Assembly: GCA_963809485.1 (NCBI GenBank)
Contig: CAWEJX010000016.1
Coordinates: 32,001 to 96,000 of the forward strand
Source: an uncultured Acidobacteriota bacterium
Lineage (GTDB): Bacteria > Acidobacteriota > UBA6911
Direction of reading: 5' to 3'
DNA: 64,000 nucleotides
The notes under the pieces are model-generated. The model made no database searches. It saw only the letters and a program-made list of their open reading frames with translations, and was not told where the DNA came from. Made by a program: the position numbers and the translations under genes. This document shows positions 28,513-39,456 of the stretch, one piece after another. Numbering within the stretch: position 1 is the first letter of the stretch; each line of letters starts with the position of its first letter.

Positions 28513-28568
28513 TAAACATAATTATGCAATAAATTGCTTAATTATACAGATCCTGATTCGCAGTGCAA
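28513..28568 (-). promoter_or_regulatory. Sigma70 promoter (TTGCAC-N16-TATAAT) overlapped by two tandem ARG boxes
   Basis: Minus strand tcTGTATAATTAAGCAat (28533-28550) and atTGCATAATTATGTTta (28513-28530), 2 bp apart, directly before argR. Confidence 0.85.
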
Positions 28569-28757
28569 GAAAAAGAAGCAGCCCCGCGGATTCCCCTGCG
28601 CCCTGCCATAATTTTTCGTGAGGACGGTCTCTCCAGACCCGTCCGATAATGCGCAAACCAGTCATCCGCCCATCCAAAATCGGACAGGGCTGTGCAGGCT
28701 TGGCACAAGCATTATCCGTGGAATGTGTCGGGTTTTTTTATGCTAGTCTATACTTCT

Positions 28758-29813
28758 ATGTACAAGGTCCACCCTGCGCTGGCGCCTGGGGCTTTTGCCG
28801 CCGGAATTCTCTACGAGGCGTTCCTGCGCGCCCGTAATGGCTTATATGCGCAGGGATTGCTGCACCAGCACCGGCTGGCGAAGCCCGTGATCAGCATCGG
28901 CAACCTAACCATGGGCGGATCCGGAAAAACCCCGCTGGTGATTCACGTCGCCCGGATCCTGGCGGAACTCGGGTTCGTGCCCGCCATTCTAAGCCGGGGA
29001 TACGGCAGGGATAAATCTGGACAAGAACACATTGTGCCTCCCGGCGAAAAAATTCCGGCCGCCGAAACCACACTCGGAGACGAGCCGGCACTGATTCGGC
29101 GACACCTCCCTTTCGTGTGGATGGGAATATCCAAAAACCGTTGCCGTACAGGCGCTGTCCTTTCCCGTCAACCGATGCGGGCCGTGTTCCTGCTGGATGA
29201 CGGGTTTCAGCATCGAAGGCTTCACCGTGATCTGGACATTGTCATCATAGATACGAGTCAGCCGTTGGCATCCAATCGCGTATTTCCGCGGGGAACTCTT
29301 CGCGAACCGCTATCGGAGTTGCGACGCTGCCACATGGTGGTGCTCAACGGCGAGCCTGAATCGGCTCATACGGTCGAATGCGAGGTCCGGAAGATCCACC
29401 CATTGGCCAGAATCCATCATTGCCGCCAGACAATCCGGGCTCTGGTGCCCTTTGCTTCCTGGCGGCTGGGCCAGGAACCTGCAGAGCATTCCGGCGGAGC
29501 GCTTTCGGCATTTCTGGCAGCTGCGCTCGGAAATCCTGAAAGGTTCCGGCGCGATGTCCTGCAATTGGGGATCGATGTTCGCGGGGTGCGCTTTTTTCGG
29601 GATCACTACCCGATCCGGCCGAAGGACTGGCTTGAGTGCGCCGCTGATGCACGCAGCAAGCGAGCGGATGCGCTGATCATCACGGAAAAAGATGCTGTTA
29701 AAATTTGGCATCCGCCTGATTTCCCCCTCCTGGTTGCGGTTCAGGAAACTGGGTTAACCGATGGGCAAGGATTTCAGGGCGTTCTGAGAGACTGCCTGAG
29801 GGAGTGCGAGTGA
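28758..29813 (+). CDS. lpxK: Tetraacyldisaccharide 4'-kinase
   Basis: SIGNLTMGGSGKTP, LSRGYG, GDEP, LLDDGFQH, TEKDAVK; start uncertain. Confidence 0.95.
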   Translation: MYKVHPALAPGAFAAGILYEAFLRARNGLYAQGLLHQHRLAKPVISIGNLTMGGSGKTPLVIHVARILAELGFVPAILSRGYGRDKSGQEHIVPPGEKIPAAETTLGDEPALIRRHLPFVWMGISKNRCRTGAVLSRQPMRAVFLLDDGFQHRRLHRDLDIVIIDTSQPLASNRVFPRGTLREPLSELRRCHMVVLNGEPESAHTVECEVRKIHPLARIHHCRQTIRALVPFASWRLGQEPAEHSGGALSAFLAAALGNPERFRRDVLQLGIDVRGVRFFRDHYPIRPKDWLECAADARSKRADALIITEKDAVKIWHPPDFPLLVAVQETGLTDGQGFQGVLRDCLRECE

Positions 29814-30895
29814 GGCCAATACAGCCGGGCTCAGCCCGGAAGATTCTGATACGCGGCACCAACTGGGTCGGCGACGCCGTGATTTCCATCCCTGCGATGA
29901 AAGAGATCCGCCGGCTTTTCCCCGGCGCGCATATTTCCCTGCTCGTGCGCCCCTGGGTCCGGGACATCTATTCCGCGGCCGAATTCGTAGACGAAATCCT
30001 AGAGTACGACAGAGACGGTGTGCATCGAGGCCTCTCGGGATTTTTCCGCCTGATAGCGGATCTGAGGCGCCGCCGGTTCGACCTGGCAATTCTTCTGCAA
30101 AACGCCTTCGGGGCCGCCCTGATCGCCCGCTGCGCCGGGATTCCCGGCCGGATCGGATACGCTCGAGATGGGAGGAGCCCGCTGCTTACACACGCATGCC
30201 CCATAGATCCCGCCGTGCGGCGCGTCCATCAGGCGTATTACTACCTGGGCATTCTTTCCGGAATGGGGTGGCTGGAAGACCGCTTGTGGGAGAACCGCGG
30301 CTACACGCCATCCATCGGCGTACGGGTCCGTGAATCCGACCGGCTTGCGGCCGTCAAACTGCTGAGAGCCGCCGGCGTACGGGAAAAGGAAATGATCGTG
30401 GGCCTTAATCCCGGAGCCTTTTACGGTGAAGCCAAACGCTGGTTTCCCGATCGCTATGCCGCCGTAGCCGATGCACTGGCCCAACAATACGGCGCGCGCA
30501 TCGTCCTTTTTGGTTCGCCGGTGGATTTGCCCGTTGCCCGGGCGGTTGCCTCAAATATGAAGCAGGCGCCTGTCCTTTTGGCAGGCCGAACCACCCTGGG
30601 CGGACTCATGGGATTGATCCGCGAGTGCAGCCTTCTGATTACGAATGATTCGGGGCCGATGCATCTCGCGGCAGCGATGGACGTCCCGCAACTGGCAATC
30701 TTCGGGTCTACCAGCGATACGGCCACCGGGCCGCTCAGCCGCTATGCGACAGTCCTGAAGCATCCTGTCGAATGCAATCCGTGCTTTTTAAGAAAGTGCC
30801 CGACAGATTTCCGGTGCATGGAAGGCGTTTCGGTTGCGCAAGTCCTGGAAGCCGCCCGGGAGGCTCTTGATATTCAGGTCCGCGGCCGGGATTAG
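29804..30895 (+). CDS. waaF: ADP-heptose:LPS heptosyltransferase II (GT9)
   Basis: NWVGDAV, NPGAFYGEAKRW, TNDSGPMHLAAA. Confidence 0.92.
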   Translation: MRVRPIQPGSARKILIRGTNWVGDAVISIPAMKEIRRLFPGAHISLLVRPWVRDIYSAAEFVDEILEYDRDGVHRGLSGFFRLIADLRRRRFDLAILLQNAFGAALIARCAGIPGRIGYARDGRSPLLTHACPIDPAVRRVHQAYYYLGILSGMGWLEDRLWENRGYTPSIGVRVRESDRLAAVKLLRAAGVREKEMIVGLNPGAFYGEAKRWFPDRYAAVADALAQQYGARIVLFGSPVDLPVARAVASNMKQAPVLLAGRTTLGGLMGLIRECSLLITNDSGPMHLAAAMDVPQLAIFGSTSDTATGPLSRYATVLKHPVECNPCFLRKCPTDFRCMEGVSVAQVLEAAREALDIQVRGRD

Positions 30896-31067
30896 GTCCG
30901 GTCATCCCCCAGGTGCCGGACGCCATCCGAATTCTCACGGCCGCGGATCTATCTCCACTCGCTGCCATTATATTTCCCGATCAGGGCGCAAAAAGTGATC
31001 CGGGTCACGTATAATAACGAATTGCGTATTCGGACGAAAAATTTGTTTCCCGTGAGATCTCATTGAT

Positions 31068-32099
31068 ATGCTGACACCCGAAATGCATCAGCAACTATGG
31101 AATATACTGAGTGGCTTCCCTTACCGGAAGATCCTTGTGGTCGGGGATCTCATCTCGGACGAGTTTCTTTACGGCCGGATCGCCAGGGTTTCGCGCGAAG
31201 CACCGGTTCTGGTCCTGGAGTACCGTGATCTGGTCCGCCTTCCCGGAGGTGCTGCCAACGCTGCGAACAACCTGCTGGATCTAGGCTGCAAAGTGGCAAT
31301 AGCCGGGGCAGTCGGAGATGATAAGCCGGGCAGAGACCTGGCAGCCATCCTGAAAGGCAAGGGCGCGCATACAGGCGGACTGCGCCTTATCCGCTCCATT
31401 GCCACGCCTGTGAAAACCCGCATCCTGGCGGGCGCACACCATTCCGCCCCGCAGCAGGTTGTCCGCGTGGACCGTGTACCCAATCCCGGCAGGCAGGCGC
31501 CTGCGGCGTGGAGCCTTATCCAGCGAAGTTTGCAGACGGCAGACGGGATCATCTTAAGCGATTACGGTTACGGCTCCATTTCCTCTCCCCTGACCGCCGG
31601 CCTGATCCGTGCAGCCAGGGAAAGGCGAATCCCGCTGGTCGTGGACTCAAGATTTTCGATGTCACAATACAGGGGCGTCACTTCCATCACCCCGAATATC
31701 ACGGAACTCGAAGCATCCACGGGCATCTCCATCGGCTCCGATGCAAAACTGCTGGCGAAAGTCGGCCGCCGTGTGCTGCATGAGCAGCGGCTGGGTTCCC
31801 TGCTGGTAACCCAGGGCCGGTTCGGCATGACGCTTTTTGAACCGCATAAGGCGCCGCTGCACATCCCCGTTTACGGCAGCGACGAAGTGGCGGATGTCAC
31901 CGGGGCCGGCGATACGGTCATCGCGGTCTTCACGCTGGCGCTTTCCTGCGGCGCCACTCCCGAGCAGGCGGCGCGGCTTGCCAACTATGCCGGAGGCATT
32001 GTGGTTATGAAACGCGGGACGGCAACGGTAACGCGGGACGAACTGTGCGGCGCCCTGGCCAAGGATACATCCAAAAGCGTTCCCCGGCGCCAGGGTTGA
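31068..32099 (+). CDS. hldA: D-glycero-D-manno-heptose-7-phosphate kinase (RfaE domain I)
   Basis: [28 protein letters not shown]. Confidence 0.9.
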   Translation: MLTPEMHQQLWNILSGFPYRKILVVGDLISDEFLYGRIARVSREAPVLVLEYRDLVRLPGGAANAANNLLDLGCKVAIAGAVGDDKPGRDLAAILKGKGAHTGGLRLIRSIATPVKTRILAGAHHSAPQQVVRVDRVPNPGRQAPAAWSLIQRSLQTADGIILSDYGYGSISSPLTAGLIRAARERRIPLVVDSRFSMSQYRGVTSITPNITELEASTGISIGSDAKLLAKVGRRVLHEQRLGSLLVTQGRFGMTLFEPHKAPLHIPVYGSDEVADVTGAGDTVIAVFTLALSCGATPEQAARLANYAGGIVVMKRGTATVTRDELCGALAKDTSKSVPRRQG

Positions 32100-32122
32100 A
32101 TCTCCAGTCTCTAATCAAAAAC

Positions 32123-32617
32123 ATGTGGTCCGATCCCAAGCAAAAGATCAAAAAACTCGAAGAGCTCGAAATTCTGGCTGCGGATTTGCGCGCAAAAGGC
32201 AAAAAGGTGATATTTGCCAACGGCTGCTTCGATCTTCTCCATGTCGGTCATATTCGATATCTGCAGGCGGCCCGTGCCCTGGGGGACGTGCTGATACTGG
32301 GAGTCAACGGGGATGCCGGCGTAGGTGCGCTGAAGGGAAAAGGGCGCCCGCTGCAATCCGAAGCTGAGCGCGCCGAGGTTTTGGCCTCCCTGGAATGCGT
32401 GGATTACGTGCTGGTATTTGACGCGCCCACGGTGGATGGTATCCTGAAAGAGTTGCGGCCCGATGTTCATGCCAAGGGGACGGATTATACGGAAGAAAGC
32501 GTCCCCGAACGCGAGACGGTACGATCCTACGGCGGGCAGGTAGCGATTGCCGGAGATCCCAAAGATCATTCAACACGGGACCTGATCGAAATTATTTTGG
32601 CCAAGTTTGCCTCATGA
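32123..32617 (+). CDS. hldC: D-glycero-D-manno-heptose-1-phosphate adenylyltransferase (RfaE domain II)
   Basis: [23 protein letters not shown]. Confidence 0.9.
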   Translation: MWSDPKQKIKKLEELEILAADLRAKGKKVIFANGCFDLLHVGHIRYLQAARALGDVLILGVNGDAGVGALKGKGRPLQSEAERAEVLASLECVDYVLVFDAPTVDGILKELRPDVHAKGTDYTEESVPERETVRSYGGQVAIAGDPKDHSTRDLIEIILAKFAS

Positions 32618-33652
32618 ACGATTCCCCCGGGATTCTGATCATCCGTCTCAGCTCGCTGGGAGATATTCTGCACACTCTGCCGGCGTTTTCAGGCCTGCGC
32701 GCGTCCTTTCCGGGCGCAAAAATCGATTGGCTGTCAGCCAAAAAGTCCGTTTCGCTCCTGTCGGCCGTGCGGGGGATCGACGAGATCCATGTGCTGGACA
32801 CAGGCTCTTTGCAGAAATTTCCGCCTGATTGGCCCGCGTGGAGTTCCACGAAGGAACTTGTCCGTAAGCTGAGGGCGAGGAACTACGACTATGCGATCGA
32901 CTTTCAGGGGCTGCTGAAAACCGGTTTCCTGGCTTTCCTGAGCGGCTCGCGAACACGCCTGGGATTTTCCCGCGACCTTGTGCGGGAGCGGCCCGCCCAC
33001 TGGTTCTACAACCGAACGCTCAGCAAGCCGGATACACAATTTCATGTCCTTGAGCTCAACCGGAAGCTGGCAGGTCTGACCGGAGGGCACATCGGTCCGA
33101 CGTCGCTGGATTTTGCCGTTCGCGAAGAGGATGCGGCACGGATCGATTCCCTTCTGGCGAAAGAAGGCCTGACGGATTTTGTGATCATAAATCCAGGAGG
33201 CGGCTGGCCAACCAAGAGATGGAACCTCGAGCGGTATGGCGACTCTGGCCGCAAGAATACAGGGCAATCTGGGATTGCGCGTTGCCGTGACGACAGGTCC
33301 TGGCGAGGAAAGCTATTATGGCTCGATCGCCGAAAACTGCAGCGGATCGCCTTTGTCCCATCTGCCCGTATCTTTTCTTCAGTTGATCCCGTTGCTGCAA
33401 AAAGCGCGCATGATGATCGGCGGCGATACCGGGCCTTTTCATCTCGCTTGCGCCGTGGGAACACCGGCAGTCGGCATTTTCGGCCCCACGTCACCCATCA
33501 GAAACGGACCCTGGAACGCAATGGACGAGGTGGTGGTGCATACGCTGCCCTGCAGCTACTGCTATGGCAGGAGTTGCCCGACGAAAAATGAATGTATGGA
33601 CATCGGAGTCGATGAGGTATTTGAGGCTGTGGTTCGCCGGCTGGGGAAATAA
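32614..33652 (+). pseudogene. waaC: Heptosyltransferase I (GT9) split by a 1-nt insertion at ~33238 (real frameshift or assembly error)
   Basis: RLSSLGDILH...DFQGLLK...NPGGGWPTKRW in one frame; GGDTGPFHLA..GIFGPT in the next; removing one G gives 345 aa. Confidence 0.8.
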
Positions 33653-34512
33653 TGGAGACACGCTGCATGCACGCTCGCAGGTTTTCACTGCTGACCGTTT
33701 TCCTTGTCACGGTCATGCTGGCCGGCGCCATTCCCTGCCAGGAAGTTGCCAGGCATGCCGGCACCCCCGATCTGCCATTCTCCGGCGGCGAGCGGTTAGT
33801 CTACTCCGTCAAATGGGATCCCCCCTGGTATCTCTTCTTTCTTCCTTCCATGGAAGCGGGCGAAGCCGAACTCCATCTTGCAGGGGAAACCGAGAATCAA
33901 GGGAAAAAGGCGATGCGGATGGTCTTTACTGCGCGTTCCAGCGGCTCGTTGGCATCGATGGCCGATATGAAGATCGAGGATGAGTTCGTTTTTCTTGCGG
34001 AATCGGGGACATTCTGCACTCTTGCTGTTTCCAAAAAAATCCGGGAAGGAAAACGCAAGCGCCAGGTGGACGTCGAATATCTGCGCGGCAGCGGCAGGCT
34101 GCATATCCATGAACTGGATGAGGCCGTCGCGCCTCCTGTCGTAAAAAAAAGCGAGTACAAAGAAAATATCCCTGATTGCGTCCAGGACCCGTTTTCCGCC
34201 CTTTACTTTTTCAGAATGTCGCCGCTGCAAAAGGGATTCACTCAGGACCTGACTCTGGCCAACGACGACCAGATCAAGAAAATCCGCTGCAAGGTGGAGA
34301 AACTGGAAATTGTGAATACTCCGGTGGGGAAATTCACGGCCTGGAAGGTAAATACGGAAGCGCTGCTGGGGGGGCTTTTTAAAGAAGGAGGCCAGTTCAA
34401 AATATGGTTTTCCGCCGACAACAGGAAGCTTCCGCTCCAGTTTGAAGTGAAAGTGAAGCTCGGCCATGTTTTAGGGAAACTGAAATCCGCCACAAATTCA
34501 GTGAATCCGTAA
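33652..34512 (+). CDS. Exported DUF3108-like protein
   Basis: Signal peptide, PF..GE.L.Y, QDPFSALY, TPVGKF, IWFSAD..KLP. Confidence 0.75.
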   Translation: METRCMHARRFSLLTVFLVTVMLAGAIPCQEVARHAGTPDLPFSGGERLVYSVKWDPPWYLFFLPSMEAGEAELHLAGETENQGKKAMRMVFTARSSGSLASMADMKIEDEFVFLAESGTFCTLAVSKKIREGKRKRQVDVEYLRGSGRLHIHELDEAVAPPVVKKSEYKENIPDCVQDPFSALYFFRMSPLQKGFTQDLTLANDDQIKKIRCKVEKLEIVNTPVGKFTAWKVNTEALLGGLFKEGGQFKIWFSADNRKLPLQFEVKVKLGHVLGKLKSATNSVNP

Positions 34513-34562
34513 TTCGCAGTCCCTAGCCAAGCTTTGATTTTCTTTTTCACCAGATTTTAGCA

Positions 34563-34911
34563 GTCAGGTACCTCCGGCAAAGCCGGAGGCTTGAAAGATT
34601 TGTACCGCTCAAAGCGGTTGGAGGAGTTACGCCGGTCTTGAACGCTGACTTACGCGGGCAAAAGCCGATGAGGCGCTTCCGATCCCCGCAGGGGCCAGCG
34701 CTCCGCGCTGGACAGTTTTCTGCGGCGGCACTGTGGCAAGCGCCGTGCGGCAAGGAGATGAAGGGTATGAGAAACCGGGCGTTTGCCACAGTGCCGCCGC
34801 AGAAAACTCCATCGGAAGCGCCTCATCGGCTTTTGCTCGCCGACCCTCGCCGAATAAATCGGCGTTTGTCAGCGCTTTTATCAGCGTTTCTCAGCGTTTC
34901 AAAATACGGAG
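34563..34911. mobile_element. IS200/IS605-like miniature element, copy C (nested form, core inverted, one end missing)
   Basis: Matches copy B up to ...aaatacggag, then diverges. Confidence 0.8.
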
Positions 34912-34935
34912 AATGATCGATTTATGGCAGCAACA

Positions 34936-34989
34936 AGTCCCGGTAGAGACGACTGAGTCGGTGAAAAACTCAGCCGTCCCTGCCAGGAC
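34936..34989. repeat. REP-like imperfect palindrome
   Basis: gtcccggtagagacgactgag ... ctcagccgtccctgccaggac. Confidence 0.55.
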
Positions 34990-35151
34990 GGCTATTGCAC
35001 ATTCGCTTCAGATTGACGTGCAGGAACGAAGCGGCTGAGTCACAGGGCGGCGCCTAATTGGCCTAGGGGCGTATTCATTTACGGTGCTCCTAGATCCTCG
35101 CCACCACTTTTGAGACAGTCTCTGGAGAGACGTCCTCGGTAGTTTCAGGCC

Positions 35152-35519
35152 GGAGTCCGCCGTAAGCCGAATTCTGTTTCTCCGCAAAGCGGAGACGGCA
35201 ATCATTCATCTTGTCCCCGGATCACTCCGGAGATCCAGCGGTCTACCCAAAAGCATCGGGCGGGCAGCCCTTATCCTTTTCAGGATGGCTTTTCTATTTG
35301 ACCTTGCTCCGTGTGGGGTTTGCCCTGCCGTCCCTGTTACCAGGGACGCGGTGCGCTCTTACCGCACCTTTTCACCCTTACCTCGCCATGCGAGGCGGTA
35401 TGTTTTCTGTGGCACTTTCCGTAGGGTTGCCCCTCCCTCGCGTTACGAGGCACACTGCCCTGTGGAGTTCGGACTTTCCTCGACCCTTGTTAAAGGGCCG
35501 CGATTGCCTGGCGGACTCC
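35152..35519 (-). ncRNA. rnpB: RNase P RNA (type A)
   Basis: Minus strand GAGGAAAGUCCGAACUC near 5' end, AACAGAAUUCGGCUUA near 3' end, P1 pairing GGAGUCCGCC/GGCGGACUCC. Confidence 0.97.
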
Positions 35520-35586
35520 CGCACAGCAATTTTATGCCATAACGCAGGAGAATGAAACAGGATACAGGAGGCAGGCGGGGCCCGGC

Positions 35587-36627
35587 CTAGCCGGCCTTGT
35601 TCTTCTCGGCGGGCGCCGGAACCGGCTTGATAAGTCCCAGCATTTCGCGAAGCTTTACAGCGAGCGTGCCGGCTACTTCCGGGTGCTCCCGGATGAATTG
35701 TTTGGCGTTTTCGCGCCCCTGCCCAAGCCTCTCTCCCTGGTAGGAGAACCAGGCGCCGCTTTTCTCAATCAGCTTTCGCTCCACGGCCTGATCTACGAGG
35801 TCTCCCTCGTAGGATATTCCCTGGTTGTAAAGGATGTCGAATTCTGCTTCGCGGAAAGGAGGCGCAAGTTTGTTTTTGACGATTTTGACGCGCGTCCTGC
35901 TTCCAACGACCAGGTCCCCTTCCTTTATGGAACCTATCCGGCGGATATCCACGCGGATCGATGAATAAAACTTCAGAGCACGGCCCCCGGTGGTCGTTTC
36001 AGGATTGCCGAACATGACGCCGATTTTCTCGCGCATCTGGTTGATGAAAACCATGCACGTATTGGATTTTGAGACGATGGCCGTCAACTTGCGCAACGCC
36101 TGCGACATTAGCCGGGCCTGCAGCCCCGGCAGAGAGTCGCCCATCTCCCCCTCCAGTTCGGCCCTTGGAACCAGAGCCGCCACCGAATCGACGACAAGGA
36201 TATCGATGGCGCCGCTTCGCACGAGCACCTCGGCGATTTCCAGCGCCTGTTCCCCGCTGTCCGGCTGGGACACCAGCAGTTCATCGGTATTGACGCCGAG
36301 CATTTTGGCATAACCGGCATCCATCGCATGTTCGGCATCGATAAAAGCAGCGGATCCTCCGGCTTTCTGCGCCTGAGCGATGGCATGCAGCGCAATAGTG
36401 GTTTTGCCGCTGGATTCGGGCCCGAAGATTTCCACAACGCGCCCCTTGGGAAAACCGCCCACGCCCAAGGCGGCGTCGAAGGATATCGATCCCGTGGAAA
36501 TGGACTGAACGCCCGCAGTATCGATGCGGTCTCCGAGGCGCATAATGGATCCTTTGCCGAATTGCTTTTCAATCTGCGTCAGAGCCATATCGATTGCTTT
36601 GTTTTTATTGATCCGCTCGTCTGCCAT
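35587..36627 (-). CDS. recA: Recombinase A
   Basis: [33 protein letters not shown]. Confidence 0.99.
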   Translation of the reverse strand: MADERINKNKAIDMALTQIEKQFGKGSIMRLGDRIDTAGVQSISTGSISFDAALGVGGFPKGRVVEIFGPESSGKTTIALHAIAQAQKAGGSAAFIDAEHAMDAGYAKMLGVNTDELLVSQPDSGEQALEIAEVLVRSGAIDILVVDSVAALVPRAELEGEMGDSLPGLQARLMSQALRKLTAIVSKSNTCMVFINQMREKIGVMFGNPETTTGGRALKFYSSIRVDIRRIGSIKEGDLVVGSRTRVKIVKNKLAPPFREAEFDILYNQGISYEGDLVDQAVERKLIEKSGAWFSYQGERLGQGRENAKQFIREHPEVAGTLAVKLREMLGLIKPVPAPAEKNKAG

Positions 36628-36899
36628 CACATCATCCCTTCCATAGTGGGTTGAATCTCCAAACGACTCTCTACCTATCTAATATGAGAACGAAGATTTG
36701 AGCCATGAAATTTTGCGTCCGGCGCCGCCGGAGAGAACATCCTACCACGACTCGACCCGATATGAAACGGACCGGTACACGCCATGGAAAATACGCCGCA
36801 ACCTGGCATAGAACAGGGTATCGAATGCGACGTCGCTTCCGACGAAGAGACAAAAACATGATAGACTCTTCTCCGGCTTCATTTCGGGAGAGGATCATC

Positions 36900-37703
36900 A
36901 TGGCCGAAGACAGATCACAAAAATGGGCTCTGATTCTGGGTGCTTCCAGCGGGTTCGGCGCGGCCTGCAGCCTCGCGCTGGCTCGCAAGGGCTTCAGCAT
37001 TGTCGGCGTTCACCTGGATCGGAGGGCGACTGCGGCAAATGCCGGGACGGTCGTTTCAGAAATAGAGCGGCTCGGGCAGCAGGCATTGTTCTTCAACGTT
37101 AACGCAGCGGACCCCGAACGGCGCCTCGAGGTAATAGCGAAATGCCGGGAGGTGATCGAGGCGGACCCCTCCTGCCAGGGCATCCGCTGTGTCTTGCACT
37201 CGCTGGCTTTTGGCACCCTGAAGCCCTTTGTCTCCGCAGGGCCGTCGGAACGTATCCGGCCGGCCGATATGAATATGACGCTGGATGTGATGGCTCATAG
37301 CCTTGTGTACTGGATTCAGGATTTGTTTGACGCGGGATTGCTCAAGGCAGGGGCCAGGATTTTTGCGATGACGAGTGCGGGCGGGCGAAGAGTGTGGCCT
37401 GCTTATGGAGCGGTTTCGGCCGCCAAGGCCGCCCTGGAATCCCATGTCCGGCAGCTGGCAGTTGAGCTGGCATCCTACGGCATATCGGTCAATGCCCTTC
37501 AGGCCGGAGTTACGGATACTCCGGCCGCAAGAAAGATTCCCGACAGTGAGCGGATGTTCGCCCGGGCCTTGCAGTCGAATCCCGGCAGGCGCCTGACGAC
37601 TCCCGAGGATGTGGCTGAGCTCCTGGTTGCTCTCACCCTTTGCGAAACAGCCTGGACGACAGGCAACATTATACGCGTCGATGGCGGCGAAGACCTGGTA
37701 TAG
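36900..37703 (+). CDS. SDR-family enoyl-ACP reductase (FabL/FabI-like)
   Basis: GASSGFG, YGAVSAAKAALES, GVTDTPA, VDGG. Confidence 0.8.
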   Translation: MAEDRSQKWALILGASSGFGAACSLALARKGFSIVGVHLDRRATAANAGTVVSEIERLGQQALFFNVNAADPERRLEVIAKCREVIEADPSCQGIRCVLHSLAFGTLKPFVSAGPSERIRPADMNMTLDVMAHSLVYWIQDLFDAGLLKAGARIFAMTSAGGRRVWPAYGAVSAAKAALESHVRQLAVELASYGISVNALQAGVTDTPAARKIPDSERMFARALQSNPGRRLTTPEDVAELLVALTLCETAWTTGNIIRVDGGEDLV

Positions 37704-37738
37704 CCATGATGGCGGCCAAGGCGCCAACTGAATTACGA

Positions 37739-38133
37739 GTCAGGCACCTCCGGCAAATCCGGAGGTAAGATTTGAACCGCTCAAAGCGGTTGGAGGAGTT
37801 ACCCGGTCTTGAACGCTGACTTACGCGGGCAAAAGCCGATGAGGCGCTTCCGATCCCCGCAGGGGCCAGCGCTCCGCGCTGCACAGTTTTCTGCGGCGGC
37901 ACTGTGGCAAACACCCGGTTTCCCATACCCTCCTTCTCCCTGCAGCACGGCGCTTGCCACAGTGCCGCCGCAGAAAACTCCATCGGAAGCGCCTCATCGG
38001 CTTTTGCTCGCCGACCCTCGCCGAACAAATCGGTGTTTGTCAGCGCTCTTGTCAGCGTATCTCAGCGTTTCAAATTTCGGAGCGGTCAAACTCTATGAGT
38101 CCGCCGGCAGAGCCGGGGATTTACCAATAGAAT
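37739..38133. mobile_element. IS200/IS605-like miniature element, copy D (full nested form)
   Basis: Colinear with copy B over ~390 bp. Confidence 0.8.
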
Positions 38134-38234
38134 GACGAATAACGAAATAAATCACACAGCCCGGTAGGGCGATTCCACGGTTTCACCCGATCATAAATCC
38201 TGTCCAGGCAGTGTGTTTCAATTCGTAATTCGTC

Positions 38235-38263
38235 TTGACTCTATAGCCTGTGATTGGTAACAT
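38235..38263 (+). promoter_or_regulatory. Sigma70 promoter of rpmB
   Basis: TTGACT-N17-TAACAT with TGn extension. Confidence 0.65.
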
Positions 38264-38288
38264 TTGCCGCTCTGAGGGGAGTAGGAAA

Positions 38289-38480
38289 ATGCCGATGCAG
38301 TGTTATGTTTGTGCCAAAAGCCCGATCTTCGGTCATACTGTTTCCCACGCTCACAATGTTCGTTCGCGGAAGTTTTATCCGAACCTCCAGAGCGTACGCA
38401 TCCTCGAAAACGGCACCGTAAAGCGTGTACGGGTCTGCACCCGTTGTCTGAGGTCCGGAAAAGTCCGGAAAGCCATCTAA
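38289..38480 (+). CDS. rpmB: 50S ribosomal protein L28 (zinc-ribbon CxxC..CxxC form)
   Basis: CYVCAK..FGHTVSHAHN...PNLQ...VCTRCLRSG. Confidence 0.97.
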   Translation: MPMQCYVCAKSPIFGHTVSHAHNVRSRKFYPNLQSVRILENGTVKRVRVCTRCLRSGKVRKAI

Positions 38481-38854
38481 GCGACTGCAACCGCCTCGAT
38501 CTCCAGCAAAACTCCCATGGGCAGGCGTGCCACCTGAACGGTGGATCGCGCCGGCTGAGCCTCGGGGAAATATCCCGCATAGATCCGGTTAAACTCTGGG
38601 AAATCATCAAGATTGGACAGGAAAACTGTGGTTTTGACGACCTTTGACAGTTTGCTTCCCGCCGCGTCGAGGATGGCGGAAAGGTTGCGCATCACCTGGT
38701 GAGTCTGCGCCGCGATTCCGCCTTCGGCAATTTGCGTGCTCTCCGGCCGGACGGGGATCTGACCTGAAACAAACACAAAGCCATTAGCCCGGACAGCCTG
38801 AGAATACGGACCAATCGGCCCCGGCGCATTCTTGGTTTCAATAATCTCCCGCAT
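38477..38854 (-). CDS. ridA: RidA/YjgF enamine-imine deaminase
   Basis: APGPIGPYSQA, SGQIP, PARSTVQVARLP, EIEA. Confidence 0.93.
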   Translation of the reverse strand: MREIIETKNAPGPIGPYSQAVRANGFVFVSGQIPVRPESTQIAEGGIAAQTHQVMRNLSAILDAAGSKLSKVVKTTVFLSNLDDFPEFNRIYAGYFPEAQPARSTVQVARLPMGVLLEIEAVAVA

Positions 38855-38971
38855 ATATGGCTCCCACGAGTCGAATCGATATTGGATCTTTAACAACCTC
38901 CGCGAAGCCGGTCGCTTTAAGGTTGCCGCTCCTCAAAGAGGCCTGTCCGCAACCGACAAAAGCTAAAAACG

Positions 38972-39175
38972 GTTTCACACGCAATAAGCATCTCTAAATC
39001 ATTCTTGAACCGCAGAATATCGAATAATGAATGTAGAATTTCGAAGTTCTTCTGCGGTTCGATATTCGGCATCCCGCAGTGCTTATGCTCTCGGTTGTTG
39101 TCGGAACCCCGGGGGAAAGGCATGCTTCAGTATTTGTCAAACCGAGGCTGCTCACCGGCAGAGCCTGAGAATCTC
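38972..39175. repeat. Composite repeat (second family): heptamer hairpin plus IS200-like end hairpin; second copy at 51555-51723
   Basis: Shared gtttcac.cgcaataa.catc.ctaa, gaaccgcagaat.tcgaa, gggaaaggc.tgcttcagtatt.gtcaaac.gaggctgc.tcaccggcagagcc. Confidence 0.75.
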
Positions 39176-39249
39176 GCAACCGATGAATACTCCACCCGCA
39201 GAGCGGGTGGTATCAGGAAGCCCCCAGGACGGGGGCAGCGAGATCAACA

Positions 39250-39370
39250 CGAATGTCGAATAATGAATTTCGAATTATGAAGTATTGGAACGCTTGCATA
39301 TTTTGCGATGCCCGCCTCTCCAGACATCTAGTTCGACATTCGACATTCATCATTCGATATTCATCATTCT
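39250..39370. repeat. Heptamer-repeat palindrome (GAATnnn arms facing CATTCnn arms)
   Basis: gaatgtc gaataat gaatttc gaattat ... cattcga cattcat cattcga tattcat cattc. Confidence 0.8.
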
Positions 39371-39456
39371 CTTTTCTGTTTCTTCAGGACGCACCCCGGA
39401 ACGGTAGAGAGTTTTCGAGTTACGCCGCCATAGGCGGCGGTTTACCATAATGCGAA

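Noticed and set aside
36670-36710. Possible LexA box upstream of recA (gaacgaagatttgagc)
   Set aside because: Poor match to both GAAC-N4-GTTC and GTTC-N7-GTTC, and no matching motif seen at uvrA.
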